Made by a program: the position numbers and the translations under genes. From an uncultured Planctomycetaceae bacterium (GTDB lineage: Bacteria; Planctomycetota; Phycisphaerae; SM23-33), in NCBI GenBank assembly GCA_964392945.1, contig CAYMSH010000001.1, positions 1 through 51,875 on the forward strand: a stretch of DNA of 51,875 nucleotides, written 5' to 3'. The notes below the pieces were generated by a model. It was not told the DNA's origin. It saw only the letters and a list, made by a program, of their open reading frames with translations, and did not search any database. Below, in pieces: positions 9,601-17,786 of the stretch. Each line of letters starts with the position of its first letter. The stretch's first letter is position 1.

Positions 9601-10113
9601 CCAAGTGTCGTGAATGAACTTGCCGTCTTCGGCGCTTATCATGCGGCAGACCGGCGGGCAGTCGGTTACGGCCCGTTGAGTTCCATCCGGCATGCGGAGG
9701 ATGGCGATCGGGACGTACGGATGGAGGTCTCCGGAAATCTCGGTCGAAGTGCCGAAGCCCTTGAGGGCGACCAGATGGGCCTTGAACGTTTCGCCGGCGC
9801 CTTGGGGCCAGTGCTTGCCCAGGCCCGCGACGCTCGACGGGTCGTTCTTGCCCATGATTCGCGTCCAGGTGCGAAGAGGAGCCCCGGCGGGGATGTCGAT
9901 GATGTCCTGGCCTTTGCGGGGCCACCATTGCACTGTGCGCCGCTTGTATCCGACCGCCGCGGAGCCGCCTTCCTGATCGACCTTGTCACGCCCCACGCCG
10001 TCGAGCGGCTTGTTGGGGTAGCGAAGGCGCCTGTAGTAATCGTAATCCTCGGCCGCCGTCGCGCCGCAAACCCATCCGATCGCCAACACTGTCACTACAA
10101 GGCGTGTTCTCAT
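6688..10113 (-). CDS. 1141-aa secreted multidomain protein: HExxH putative metallopeptidase-like N-terminal region, beta-helix repeat segment, C-terminal LamG/concanavalin-like domain
   Basis: GGAG lies 9 nt upstream of ATG 10113, and there is a signal peptide (MRTRLVVTVLAIGWVCGATAAE). HELFH is encoded at 9106-9120. A hexapeptide-like run follows (AYVGPGAMVLNGATVEGNACIKGSAIVFGPGPVISGNAKVGGKAWVFG...). The LamG-like end reads (LFDFGTS..CFYLTV...WVALRVEMNGSNAAIYIDGKK...FTGRLDHFRIYRKV). Confidence 0.8.
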   Translation of the reverse strand: MRTRLVVTVLAIGWVCGATAAEDYDYYRRLRYPNKPLDGVGRDKVDQEGGSAAVGYKRRTVQWWPRKGQDIIDIPAGAPLRTWTRIMGKNDPSSVAGLGKHWPQGAGETFKAHLVALKGFGTSTEISGDLHPYVPIAILRMPDGTQRAVTDCPPVCRMISAEDGKFIHDTWEKAYPKLYAKGAQGAHILSEKPAGGYKTDLELKKWTQAAPRFNAIEPRKDAKYPLWGKDDETLVFQTPHFHMIAIPKRFGNPRRWINPKNPQDQNNYRKCVMEFAENLWTYVEAAGASMPFWRLEGGNYKYVVQVQSSGHGGSGGWMHCGVGDIRPNVLGHELFHSMPNGGWDGLFLETMCDSGMHTAVPGQMHMFKGNFSYPWRNVNRVAYKASWWVFALGDNPNWGYGINTVLGSLASPAESSPYHTIARLGQKKGLWTNGVRGFGDFFGQYAARMVTCDFVQQLMIRDKYGTPPLSWVQPVYGHKNRYRINNAQAPRWCGYNTIRLTPEIGAAKITVDFQGIVDPGLHSDWRACIVAVDDTGKARYSPLWNKGEMTFALKASDKRLWLTVAATPSAFPVMPEGKRGRWGDTYFTGIHAPRYPWEVALTGCKPGRPHRMQGDVVNLDDLFGMCDGDRNYWDRPIKQEAPILLTDPEGELAQKKLKGMLVRIEAALADLSGKNKTPANPRSREWSGQKRSRLTDMAARAKFLQTAVAGRAHPNGGGFVSEDSKVAKTAYVGPGAMVLNGATVEGNACIKGSAIVFGPGPVISGNAKVGGKAWVFGAIDLSGEARILEAACVSTGGDTRSGVSKRRVKISGSAVIKGDAFVQLRGSEMALTGGVVVDYTPVLNVSDKGEFQVGRFVNPPARRSRQTLTSGQDAGALYADWRFNTPQGATLDDSYVNNNGILFGAPQFAEDAGRKCIVFNGKDQYAEAPASVADFGALTIDMLIKRPAGKGGRLFDFGTSFDDCFYLTVSKASGKPALIARHQGRTLLLTASQAIAADKWVALRVEMNGSNAAIYIDGKKIAEKQFAFSPRTVFPGDAPVGNFIACGRKKDDFFTGRLDHFRIYRKVHEDFSKVPPPPRALTQVQEAPPSDDKKAPGRSIWEFQQGLKYHTSADWEDRTKEEIQDKVPAKMKKWLKDVRGY

Positions 10114-10306
10114 TTGAGATATCTCCTGACATATTCAACTGTCGCCCGCGGCGGCGTATTGCACGATATGCGTTCTTCGACGAGGTGGAAGAATTCACGG
10201 CCATATTGCATTCGCCAAAAGAGGGCCTAGAATTAACGGACAGGTCCGCATTGTTTCGGGCCGCATGTTGCGTTAACGATCCTGGCGCCTCTGAAGGGAG
10301 CAGCCC

Positions 10307-11101
10307 ATGAGCGACTCGATGAAGGTCGGACTCATCTCAATATTCCTAGGCGGGTGTCTGATCTGGTATGGGGTTCTCGAGTATCAAGTCGGAAGCGAGG
10401 CGTCTGCGGACCCCGTCGACGTAGAACTGGCCGACCTGGAGGCGGGAAAACCTCTGCCCGACAATCACATCCAGATCGGGCTGCATCACTGCATGTACCA
10501 TCTGAGTGTTTATGACTACGACTATGACGGAGATGATGACACCATGCGATCGTCTTCGCCGCTCAATTGGGTTTGGTCTCCGGTTATCTCCGACAAGCAT
10601 CCCTACGTACCCAAGATGCAGGCTCTTATCAAGAGGTATGGCGGGCTGAAGAAGATCCCCAGGAACGCCGACTGGCCGTCGTTGAAGGACTTCGTCGTTC
10701 TGCTCAAGAGCAAGGCCTACGACACTGTCGGGGACGTTCCCCGCGGGAGGAAGAAATACAAATCCGTTTCCGGTCTGGTGATGAATCGGATCGAGTCCAT
10801 CGGCGACGAGGAGAAGAACTTGATCCGAAGCCAATTCCCCAAGATCGACTTTGACAAGATCCTGGTCGTAGAGCACGGCCGCAAGCCGTCGTCAGTCGCC
10901 GCGTCGATTTCCTTCATGTCTGCCGGCGGTCTGATGGCGCTCATCCCGCTGGTTGTCTTCTTTCGCCGCTTGGGAGGCCCTCGGCATGTCGTCGCGGCAT
11001 CCGGTCCCCCCGAACCGCCAGAGGCGCCGCAACCCGAAGAGTTCGCCGTCGAAGACGCCGCCCCGCAAGCCGAGGACGGCAACCCCTATAGGCAGACTTA
11101 G
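10307..11101 (+). CDS. Hypothetical membrane protein (N- and C-terminal TM helices, acidic Pro-rich tail)
   Basis: GGGAG RBS lies 7 nt upstream of the ATG. TM segments are VGLISIFLGGCLIWYGVL and ISFMSAGGLMALIPLVVFF. No family recognised. Confidence 0.6.
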   Translation: MSDSMKVGLISIFLGGCLIWYGVLEYQVGSEASADPVDVELADLEAGKPLPDNHIQIGLHHCMYHLSVYDYDYDGDDDTMRSSSPLNWVWSPVISDKHPYVPKMQALIKRYGGLKKIPRNADWPSLKDFVVLLKSKAYDTVGDVPRGRKKYKSVSGLVMNRIESIGDEEKNLIRSQFPKIDFDKILVVEHGRKPSSVAASISFMSAGGLMALIPLVVFFRRLGGPRHVVAASGPPEPPEAPQPEEFAVEDAAPQAEDGNPYRQT

Positions 11102-11127
11102 AACGTCCCGCAGCGACAAGTTCGAGA

Positions 11128-11889
11128 TTACGGAACAGGACCGTAAAGATTACCTTCGTATGTCAGTTCGGTGATGCGCCCGTCATTCTGTCGCATCTTT
11201 ATCTGCGCTACCCCTGTCTCGCCGTCGGAGAAGGTCAGGATCACGCGACTCCCGTCGATGCGATATGAGCCCTGTGCCGTCACCGGGTTGCTGTAGCGCC
11301 CTCCGGCGTCGGAGCTGAAATTCGTTTCGTTGCGGACCACGAATCGGCCGGAACCGTCAAAAACAACGCGAGTGGTCCGAGAGTAGCTCGATCCTCCGCC
11401 CGATGAACTGCCGAAGTTCATCAGCGTTGTCGCCAGGTATCGCGGATCGTTCAGGCCGCTGGCGGCGTCGGCCGAAGCGACATTGGCGCCCTGGGCGGAC
11501 CCCGATCGCGCGAACGCCAGGCGCTGGCCTCCGGGGAATGTTATCAGGAGTTGATCGCTCGACAGCTTTATGGGGTAGTTGGCGACCTGGCCGTCGGCGG
11601 TGACCTGGAGGCTGTCGCCGATTCGCTTGTACCTCGCCGGATCGCCGTCAAGGGTCAGCTCCGATTCAGAACGGATATCCAACCGAACTGATCCCTGCTG
11701 ATGATTGCAGATCCACAACCCGATCAGGCCTTTTGGTTTCGCCGGCGCCGGGGCGGTCTCTTGCTTCTTGGGAGAAGTCGAGTTCGCCGAGTTGTCTGAG
11801 TCGGTTCCATTGTCGCCGCCGCAGCCGGCCGCGGCAAAGCATACCAGGAGTGCTGTCGTAGCCAGATATTGTATTGCCAATGTTCTCAT
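11128..11889 (-). CDS. Hypothetical lipoprotein
   Basis: Signal plus lipobox (LLVCFAAAGC|GGDNG), then a low-complexity linker and a beta-rich body. No family recognised. Confidence 0.65.
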   Translation of the reverse strand: MRTLAIQYLATTALLVCFAAAGCGGDNGTDSDNSANSTSPKKQETAPAPAKPKGLIGLWICNHQQGSVRLDIRSESELTLDGDPARYKRIGDSLQVTADGQVANYPIKLSSDQLLITFPGGQRLAFARSGSAQGANVASADAASGLNDPRYLATTLMNFGSSSGGGSSYSRTTRVVFDGSGRFVVRNETNFSSDAGGRYSNPVTAQGSYRIDGSRVILTFSDGETGVAQIKMRQNDGRITELTYEGNLYGPVP

Positions 11890-12000
11890 CGTTATGCCTC
11901 AGATATGGTTTGTCTCCATGCCGGAGAGATGACAAAACTGTATCTATTGATGATACTTGCCGAAAGCGGCGTGGCAAGAAGTTTTCGATCTGAATTCGAC

Positions 12001-12453
12001 TTACGACGGCGAGTCGGTGCGATCCGACTTTTCTAGAATGTCGAGAGTCAGATGGTCCGGCCACCCGTCGAAGTACTTTTCAAGGGCCTGGCTGAAGATG
12101 TCGTCGTCCGGCGAGCATTGCGCAAACAGTGTCATCGAGGAGCGGAATTTCAGGTAGTCGGGATAGTGGAATATCTGCTCTGCGGTGCGCCCGGTGAGTT
12201 TATTGACCAGTTCGGCGCACTGTCTCAATCGCGGTCCGAGAATCTCGTGGGCCAGATACGCCTGGGCTTCGGCTTGTGATGAGATCGCGTACTCCCTCGC
12301 CGTGGCGCTGTGACCCAGCCCTTCGATCTGCGGAAATACGTACCACATCCAGTGCGTTCGCTTCGAACCGGCCGAAAGCTCTCGGAGCACGGATTCAAAG
12401 ACTCGCTCTTGTGCGTTCAAGAACCGTTGTAGATTGTAAGGATCGTTTGTCAT
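12001..12453 (-). CDS. DUF1810 family protein
   Basis: LQRFLNAQERVFESVLRELSAGSKRTHWMWYVFPQIEGLGHSATAREYAISSQAEAQAYLAHEILGPRL matches my recollection of the DUF1810 consensus (HWMW-x-FPQ...GLG-S). Confidence 0.85.
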   Translation of the reverse strand: MTNDPYNLQRFLNAQERVFESVLRELSAGSKRTHWMWYVFPQIEGLGHSATAREYAISSQAEAQAYLAHEILGPRLRQCAELVNKLTGRTAEQIFHYPDYLKFRSSMTLFAQCSPDDDIFSQALEKYFDGWPDHLTLDILEKSDRTDSPS

Positions 12454-12496
12454 CGGCCTTTGATTGCTCTGGCGTCAGAAGTCCGATCGATCGGCG

Positions 12497-13534
12497 TTAC
12501 AGCAGCGGGATGCCGGCCTGGCGGCAGGTCTCTACTACGTGTCGGGGCCAGTGGCTGACCTGGACCTCGCCGATGTGCGCCTTTTCCAGCAGCAGCATGC
12601 AGAGGCGGCTTTGTCCGATCCCGCCGCCGATGGATTGCGGCAGCTTGCCTTCCAGGAGCATCTTGTGCCACGGCAGTTCAACGCGGTCCATGCAGTCGCG
12701 AATCTCCAACTGCTTGAGCATGGTCTCGGCGTCCACGCGGATGCCCATTGACGAAAGCTCGAACGGAATCTCCAGCAGCGGGTTCCAGACGAAGATATCG
12801 CCGTTGAGGCCTTTGGTCCCGTCAGAGGGGGGCGTGGTCCAGTCGTCGTAGTCCGGGGCGCGGCCGTCGTGGATCTCGCCGTTGGGCATTTCGCCGCCGA
12901 TACCGATAATGAACACCGCTCCGTGAGTCTCGCAGGCTGCGGCCTCGCGTTGCTGGCGGGTCGAGTCGGGATAGTTGAACGCCAACTCTTCGGTGTGTAC
13001 GAAGGCTATTTCGTCCGGCAGCCAGGTTGTGCGATTGTGGAACTTGTCGGCCAGTTCGGCCTCGGTGTCCTTCAGCGCCGCATAGATGTCCCGCACGGTG
13101 GCCTTGAGCGTCTCGAGGTTCCGATCTTCCGGTGTGATGACCCGTTCCCAGTCCCACTGGTCCACGTAGACCGAGTGGATATTGTCGAGATCTTCTTCGT
13201 CGGGGCGCAGTGCGTTCATGTCGGTATATATGCCGCGACCGACTTCGAATTCGTACCGGTGCAGCGCCAGACGCTTCCACTTGGCCAGCGAATGAACGAT
13301 CTCGCACCTTGTGTCTCCGTCTGCTTTGACGCCGAAAGATATGGCTCGTTCGACGCCGTTGAGGTTGTCCTGCACGCCGGAATCGCAGCGAACGAACAGC
13401 GGGGCGGTTATACGATCGAGCCCCAGGCGTCGGGCCAGGGCGTTCTGGAAATGGTCCTTGGTGAACTTAATGGCCTGCTCTGTTTTGCAGACGTCCAAAG
13501 TGGCCTTGTAGCCTTCGGGGGTAATTGTGCTCAA
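12497..13534 (-). CDS. asnA: Aspartate--ammonia ligase (asparagine synthetase A)
   Basis: Near-colinear similarity to E. coli AsnA (HSLAKWKR, HSVYVDQWDWERV, GAVF.IGIGG, RAPDYDDW, LNGDI.VWNP.L...FELSSMGIRVD, IGGGIGQSRL.MLLL). I place the start at TTG 13534, preceded by AGGAG with 7-nt spacing. The ORF-track GTG at 13621 lies upstream of a good -10/-35 pair, so it is probably not used. Confidence 0.93.
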   Translation of the reverse strand: MSTITPEGYKATLDVCKTEQAIKFTKDHFQNALARRLGLDRITAPLFVRCDSGVQDNLNGVERAISFGVKADGDTRCEIVHSLAKWKRLALHRYEFEVGRGIYTDMNALRPDEEDLDNIHSVYVDQWDWERVITPEDRNLETLKATVRDIYAALKDTEAELADKFHNRTTWLPDEIAFVHTEELAFNYPDSTRQQREAAACETHGAVFIIGIGGEMPNGEIHDGRAPDYDDWTTPPSDGTKGLNGDIFVWNPLLEIPFELSSMGIRVDAETMLKQLEIRDCMDRVELPWHKMLLEGKLPQSIGGGIGQSRLCMLLLEKAHIGEVQVSHWPRHVVETCRQAGIPLL

Positions 13535-13597
13535 ACCAATGCTCCTGTAATATTTAAATGCGGTTTTGCGCCCCGAGTGAGAATCGGGCTTGCAGGT

Positions 13598-13625
13598 ATT
13601 ATAGAGCCTTGGCAAAGTCACACAA
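13598..13625 (-). promoter_or_regulatory. Candidate sigma70-type promoter of asnA
   Basis: On the minus strand: TTGTGT (13625-13620), 16-nt spacer, TATAAT (13603-13598). This leaves a leader of roughly 55-60 nt to the TTG start. Pattern match only. Confidence 0.3.
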
Positions 13626-13657
13626 GCCCGATACGCGATTCGGGCTGCTGCGCCGAA

Positions 13658-14368
13658 TCAATCGGTGTCCCAACTCTTTATGTCGTCATTATCTTTCGAC
13701 TCAAGATACATGTCGTTGGCGCCTGTGCCGATGATCAGTATTCCGCCTGGGTTGCGGGTGTTGTTTGGAGCTGTGAACTTCGAGTCCGTGATGCACTTCT
13801 CGTCGAACTCCCGCCTGGCCGAGGCGGCGTCCTTGCTTATGTAGATGCTGTTATCGTCCCACTTGTAACATTCGCTCGGCGCGGTGACGTTGAGCCTGGA
13901 AGGGAAGTACAGCAGGGCGTTGGGAGATTGGCTGTTGTCGGCCAGGGAGTTCTTTGGAATGCCCCGGCCCGAACTGGCCTTGTTTATCAGAAGGTGCGAC
14001 TTGTACTCCAGATATTTGCTCGTGGCTTTGGGAGCGTCTGAGGCGATGTCGGCGTGTGTGTAGCCGAACAGTTTGGACGCGAGGATCTGGCTGCCGGTGT
14101 ACGGGCCGCCATCCGGGGCCGAGCCCTTCAGCAGCCCAATATCGTCCTGGCCGGGATACCTTCCGTTGTTCTCGCCCTTGAACATCTCGGCCGCACGAGT
14201 CACCTCCTGGACAAACGCCAGGGCTCTCGGCTCGTTACTCGAGCCGCCGGAGTTAATCGAAATAACAACGATAGTGGCCAGTATCGACAGAATAACCACA
14301 ACGATCAGCAGTTCAAGCAATGAGAAGCCTTCCCTGCGGCACACCGAGGATTTCGCACTCCTGGCCAT
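13658..14368 (-). CDS. Prepilin-type N-terminal cleavage/methylation domain protein (pilin-like family, paralog 1)
   Basis: AAGGA RBS is present. The N-terminus is MARSAKSSVCRREG|FSLLELLIVVVILSILA, followed by a 200-aa globular part. It is colinear with the protein encoded at 25699-26406 (shared blocks FVQEV, NNG.YPGQDD.G.LKG..PD.GPYTGSQ.LAS.LFGY, NALLYFPSRL, NPGGILIIGTGANDMYLES.DNDDI.SWD.D). Confidence 0.85.
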   Translation of the reverse strand: MARSAKSSVCRREGFSLLELLIVVVILSILATIVVISINSGGSSNEPRALAFVQEVTRAAEMFKGENNGRYPGQDDIGLLKGSAPDGGPYTGSQILASKLFGYTHADIASDAPKATSKYLEYKSHLLINKASSGRGIPKNSLADNSQSPNALLYFPSRLNVTAPSECYKWDDNSIYISKDAASARREFDEKCITDSKFTAPNNTRNPGGILIIGTGANDMYLESKDNDDIKSWDTD

Positions 14369-14443
14369 ATTAGCATCCTTTCAATAGCGGTGAACATCAA
14401 TAGTATGATCGTAGTTTGGCGGGCAATCACTCTACGACAAAGC

Positions 14444-15934
14444 CTACTTCCCAAAACTGAACGAGTATATTTTCGATTCGCGCAGTTCGAACTTCAGTCT
14501 GATTTCTTTGCCTTTGAAGTCGTTCAGCTTGAAATCGTCGTTCCACTGGATTGCGGCGTCGGTGACTGTCTTTGTTACTAGTTTTCCTTCGGCCAGTTGC
14601 TTGCCGTCTTTGTCGAAAACTGTTGTCTTTACGAATCCCGACGGGGCGATGTCGGCCGAAATCTGCAAAACGCCTGACATTACCGTGATCGGTTTTGTTG
14701 TCAGTGAGCCGGTTTTGTTGCTTCCGCCTTCTATCTGTTCGTAGCCGGCGAATCCGTCGGGACGCAGTGTCGCCAGGCAGAAAAAACCATTTCGCCAGGC
14801 CATGAATCGCCCGTCATTGGCACCGTAGTAGATGATGATCTTGTCTTTGCGGATGATCGGCTTGGCGGCGAATATGCAGCCCCAGTCGTAATCGCCCATC
14901 CGGCGAGAGTTGGCGATCAGCGGCTGGCCCGGCTGGATTCTGCGCCACTTCTTGCTGTCGGGGCTCCAGGCCAGTTCACACCATTGCTTGCTGGCCTTGA
15001 TGTCGAACAGACCGACCAAACCGATGTAGACCCCGGCGTGCGGCGCCACAAGCATGTCGTGGATTTGCATTCGCAGGTCCAGGCCTGAGATCGCCGGCTC
15101 CGGCTTGGACCATTTCAGGAAATCGGAAGATTCCGAGCGAACCTTCTGGCGGTGCCCCTGGCGACCGTAGCGGCCTTTGGTTTTCGCTCCGCCCCAGCCG
15201 CGGGTGATCAGTACGTATTTTCCCGTCGCCGGGTCCCGAAATACCGCCTGGTTCGTGTCGCCGCGGTCGATCGGTCCTACGTCGATCCCCTTGCCCCAGC
15301 GAATTCCGTCGGCCGAGAACCAGACCATGGATCGCTTGCTCTCGGGGTGAATCGCCTTGTAGCGTTTCTTGGGATCCTTTTCCCGGAGGTCCTTCATCAC
15401 CGCCACGCCGTGGTTGTACTCGATGACGATATTGTTCTTCTTGCTTCCGTTATAGTCGATCAGGCCCAACTCGGGCTTTGTCCATTTGAGCCCGTCTTTC
15501 GACGTTGCGTAGCAGACGCCGAACACGCGTTTTCCTTCTCGCCATTTGACCCATGCTCGTTTCTCAGAGGCCAGTCCCTCGCCGGGGAATTTGCCCCTCC
15601 CGCCGGATCGGATGAATATGCTGTACCAGCATTTCCATATCTTCTCTTCCCGATCGTATATGACGCTGCAGTACGGATTGTCGAACCGCGGCTCCCAGGG
15701 CTTGTCCTCGCCGAACAGCGGATTACTCGGATGCTTGTCGACGACGCCGACAGTGAGCTCGAGGTTGTCGAGTTTGTCGATTATGCGAGAGTCCAGGAGC
15801 AGGTGGCGATCGGATTTCCGAGCCGCTGCGGTCTTCTCTTCCGCCTCGGAGACAGTTGCGAGTTGGGCGATGATCACCAGGATCATAATGCCAATCCGGA
15901 TGCCTGCTTTGTGACTTCCCTTGCCGTGGATCAT
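14444..15934 (-). CDS. Secreted five-bladed beta-propeller glycosyl-hydrolase-like protein (GH32/43/130-type fold), with C-terminal beta-sandwich
   Basis: ATG 15934 is preferred over the track TTG at 15961, because it gives the signal peptide MIHGKGSHKAGIRIGIMILVIIAQLATVSEA. S-x-DG-x-x-W blade motifs recur (SKDGLKW, SADGIRW, SPDSKKW). Family is not resolved without an HMM. Confidence 0.65.
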   Translation of the reverse strand: MIHGKGSHKAGIRIGIMILVIIAQLATVSEAEEKTAAARKSDRHLLLDSRIIDKLDNLELTVGVVDKHPSNPLFGEDKPWEPRFDNPYCSVIYDREEKIWKCWYSIFIRSGGRGKFPGEGLASEKRAWVKWREGKRVFGVCYATSKDGLKWTKPELGLIDYNGSKKNNIVIEYNHGVAVMKDLREKDPKKRYKAIHPESKRSMVWFSADGIRWGKGIDVGPIDRGDTNQAVFRDPATGKYVLITRGWGGAKTKGRYGRQGHRQKVRSESSDFLKWSKPEPAISGLDLRMQIHDMLVAPHAGVYIGLVGLFDIKASKQWCELAWSPDSKKWRRIQPGQPLIANSRRMGDYDWGCIFAAKPIIRKDKIIIYYGANDGRFMAWRNGFFCLATLRPDGFAGYEQIEGGSNKTGSLTTKPITVMSGVLQISADIAPSGFVKTTVFDKDGKQLAEGKLVTKTVTDAAIQWNDDFKLNDFKGKEIRLKFELRESKIYSFSFGK

Positions 15935-16114
15935 GCTACTTGGCCTTTCCCTGTTGAACAACGGTTACTGTGAATGCGGTCGTTGCAGTCCGCCGAGGCG
16001 ATTATATAGGGTCGGCGGCTTCGTAGGCAAGCACGACGACAGGCTCGGGATTTTGCTTTGAGGGCTGAAATAGGGGCTTTCGGGGGATTTTCGGGATCAT
16101 TGCTGCGAAAAGAC

Positions 16115-16142
16115 TTGAAAACATCGTGCGAGTTGGTATTAT
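16115..16142 (+). promoter_or_regulatory. Candidate sigma70-type promoter upstream of tRNA-Gln
   Basis: TTGAAA (16115-16120), 16-nt spacer, TATTAT (16137-16142), about 80 nt upstream of the tRNA 5' end. Pattern match only. Confidence 0.3.
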
Positions 16143-16221
16143 GTCCGCTTACGAAGTCGCCTTTAAAGGCGGTTTCCGTGCTGCCCCCAGTCGTTTAGTT
16201 GTACAGTAACTTCATTGTTAT

Positions 16222-16292
16222 TGGGGATTAGTGTAACGGCAGCACGACGGTCTCTGGAACCGTTAGTCAAGGTTCGAATCCTTGATCCCCAG
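16222..16292 (+). tRNA. tRNA-Gln (anticodon CTG)
   Basis: Folded by hand. Acceptor is TGGGGAT/ATCCCCA with U1-A72 and discriminator G. D stem is GTGT/GCAC with the GG-containing loop AACGGCA. Anticodon stem is ACGGT/ACCGT with loop CT-CTG-GA. Variable region is TAGT. T arm is CAAGG-TTCGAAT-CCTTG. Length is 71 nt and CCA is not encoded. Confidence 0.95.
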
Positions 16293-16298
16293 TACTAT

Positions 16299-16342
16299 GA
16301 GCCCCGAAGGCCCGCAGATCAGGTTTTCGGGGCTCTTTTTTT
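16299..16342 (+). terminator. Rho-independent terminator after tRNA-Gln
   Basis: A 10-bp perfect stem, GAGCCCCGAA (16299-16308) / TTCGGGGCTC (16326-16335), is followed by TTTTTTT (16336-16342). Confidence 0.8.
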
Positions 16343-16377
16343 GTGGTAAGTTGCTTGGAAAACTTTTATTTATGGGG

Positions 16378-16408
16378 TTGACAATTACCGGGGGGTGTGT
16401 GGTAGACT
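16378..16408 (+). promoter_or_regulatory. Candidate promoter (TTGACA plus extended -10 TGgTAGACT) of the cold-shock gene
   Basis: TTGACA is at 16378-16383 and TGGTAGACT at 16400-16408. The 19-nt spacer is long, but the extended -10 TG is present. This would give a leader of about 165 nt, as is common for csp mRNAs. Confidence 0.3.
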
Positions 16409-16579
16409 CATTGTGGATTAACAATTATTGGGCATGGCGGGTAGTTCGTGGAATAGGTTTCATGTCCCGTCACTACGTCAGGTGTCGCCTCAACTTCGGG
16501 GCTATGCGGCTCTGGGTTCGGTTGTTTGTGTCACCTTTCGGGACATCAAGAATGTTAGTCTGCATTAAGGAGCCTTAGT

Positions 16580-16780
16580 ATGGCTACTGGCAAGGTGAAG
16601 TGGTTCAACGACTCCAAAGGTTTTGGTTTCATCGAGGCTGATGACGGTACAGACGTATTCGTTCACTACAGCGATATCCAATCCGAAGGGTTCAAGTCCC
16701 TGGCAGAAGGCGATGCCGTAAGCTTCGAAGTAGTGCAGGGCGACAAAGGTCCGCGTGCTTCAAACGTAGCGAAGGCCTGA
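16580..16780 (+). CDS. Cold-shock protein, CspA family
   Basis: [63 protein letters not shown] carries the RNP1 (KGFGFI) and RNP2 (VFVHY) motifs. GGAG lies upstream of the ATG. Confidence 0.97.
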   Translation: MATGKVKWFNDSKGFGFIEADDGTDVFVHYSDIQSEGFKSLAEGDAVSFEVVQGDKGPRASNVAKA

Positions 16781-16859
16781 TTCCGCGCGTTCGGGTTCCA
16801 CGTCGTTAGAAACAATCTTGTCCGGGGGCGGACCAGTTCGGTAGTGAGCTGCGCTCTTC

Positions 16860-17786
16860 CTATTTGATTATCGAGACCGGGTTGATCGTTCGGGCATTGG
16901 TGATAATCTTGTTCTGGTAGTTGGCCATAAGCGTGCCTTTGGCGACCTGCGGGGCAATGGCGCCGGGCTTGCCTGTGCCCTTGATCCGCTTGGTTACGGT
17001 AATCACGTGATAGCCGAACTGCGTCTCGACGACTCCGCTGATGTCGCCGATCTTCATCCCGAATGCGGTCTGTGCGAACGGGGGCACCATCCTGTGGAAT
17101 ACGAACTCGCCAAGGTCTCCGCCTTTGGCTTTTGACGGGCAGGTGGAGTGCTTAAGAGCCGCCTCGGCGAACTTGACCTTGCCGGCCTTGACGTCGGCGA
17201 CGATCTGCTCGAGCTTCTTGCGAATGGCGCCGCGTTCTTTGTCGGAATAGCCTTGTCCGCAGCTCAGGAGAATGTGGCTGGCCTGGACTTTCGTGCCGTC
17301 GAAGTAGGAGGGGTTGGCCTTGGTGAACGCGGTGACGGCCTTGTCTGATGCGACTTCTTTTTCCGCCTGTTTCTCAAGATTCTTGAATCGAACGATAAGC
17401 TTGACGTCCTCTTCAGTGATCTTGCGATCGGCCATGAACTTGTCGATCGAGCCGAGATTGCGTTTGGTCAGTTCGACTTGTGTTTCGGCCTTCCAGGCTT
17501 TTACGTCCTTATCGCTGCAGGGCATGGTCATCGCATGACACTTCATCAGCTCCTGGGTAACCAACTGGTCGAGGGCCTGCTGTTTTGTGGGCATTCTGCC
17601 GGTCTGCCTGGCCATGCCTTGCCTGGCCTGCTGGATCTGCTGGCTGGTGATTGTAGCTTTGCCGACGGTGGCTGCTACTTTCGCCGCGGGCCTGGTTGTG
17701 GGGCCGGCCGACTTTTCGGCAATGACGCTTGTCAGCGCTACTGCGCCGAATACTGTTGCTGCGATAAGGAGGCTGTGTATCTTCAT
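16860..17786 (-). CDS. Secreted parvulin-type peptidyl-prolyl isomerase (SurA/PrsA-like)
   Basis: A signal peptide is followed by a PpiC/parvulin domain: ASHILL...FAEAALKHSTCPSKAKGGDLGEF....MVPPFAQTAFGMKIGDISGVVETQFGYHVITV. Confidence 0.9.
   Translation of the reverse strand: MKIHSLLIAATVFGAVALTSVIAEKSAGPTTRPAAKVAATVGKATITSQQIQQARQGMARQTGRMPTKQQALDQLVTQELMKCHAMTMPCSDKDVKAWKAETQVELTKRNLGSIDKFMADRKITEEDVKLIVRFKNLEKQAEKEVASDKAVTAFTKANPSYFDGTKVQASHILLSCGQGYSDKERGAIRKKLEQIVADVKAGKVKFAEAALKHSTCPSKAKGGDLGEFVFHRMVPPFAQTAFGMKIGDISGVVETQFGYHVITVTKRIKGTGKPGAIAPQVAKGTLMANYQNKIITNARTINPVSIIK

Noticed and set aside
16222-16292. tRNA-Gln as a possible integration site of a genomic island.
   Set aside because: I spotted no integrase, no direct repeat of the tRNA 3' end, and no phage or mobile genes on either side. 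The flanks are ordinary housekeeping genes.
16282-16578. 98-aa plus-strand ORF starting inside the tRNA-Gln 3' end.
   Set aside because: It runs through the tRNA acceptor stem, the intrinsic terminator and the csp promoter/leader, and its composition is non-protein-like.
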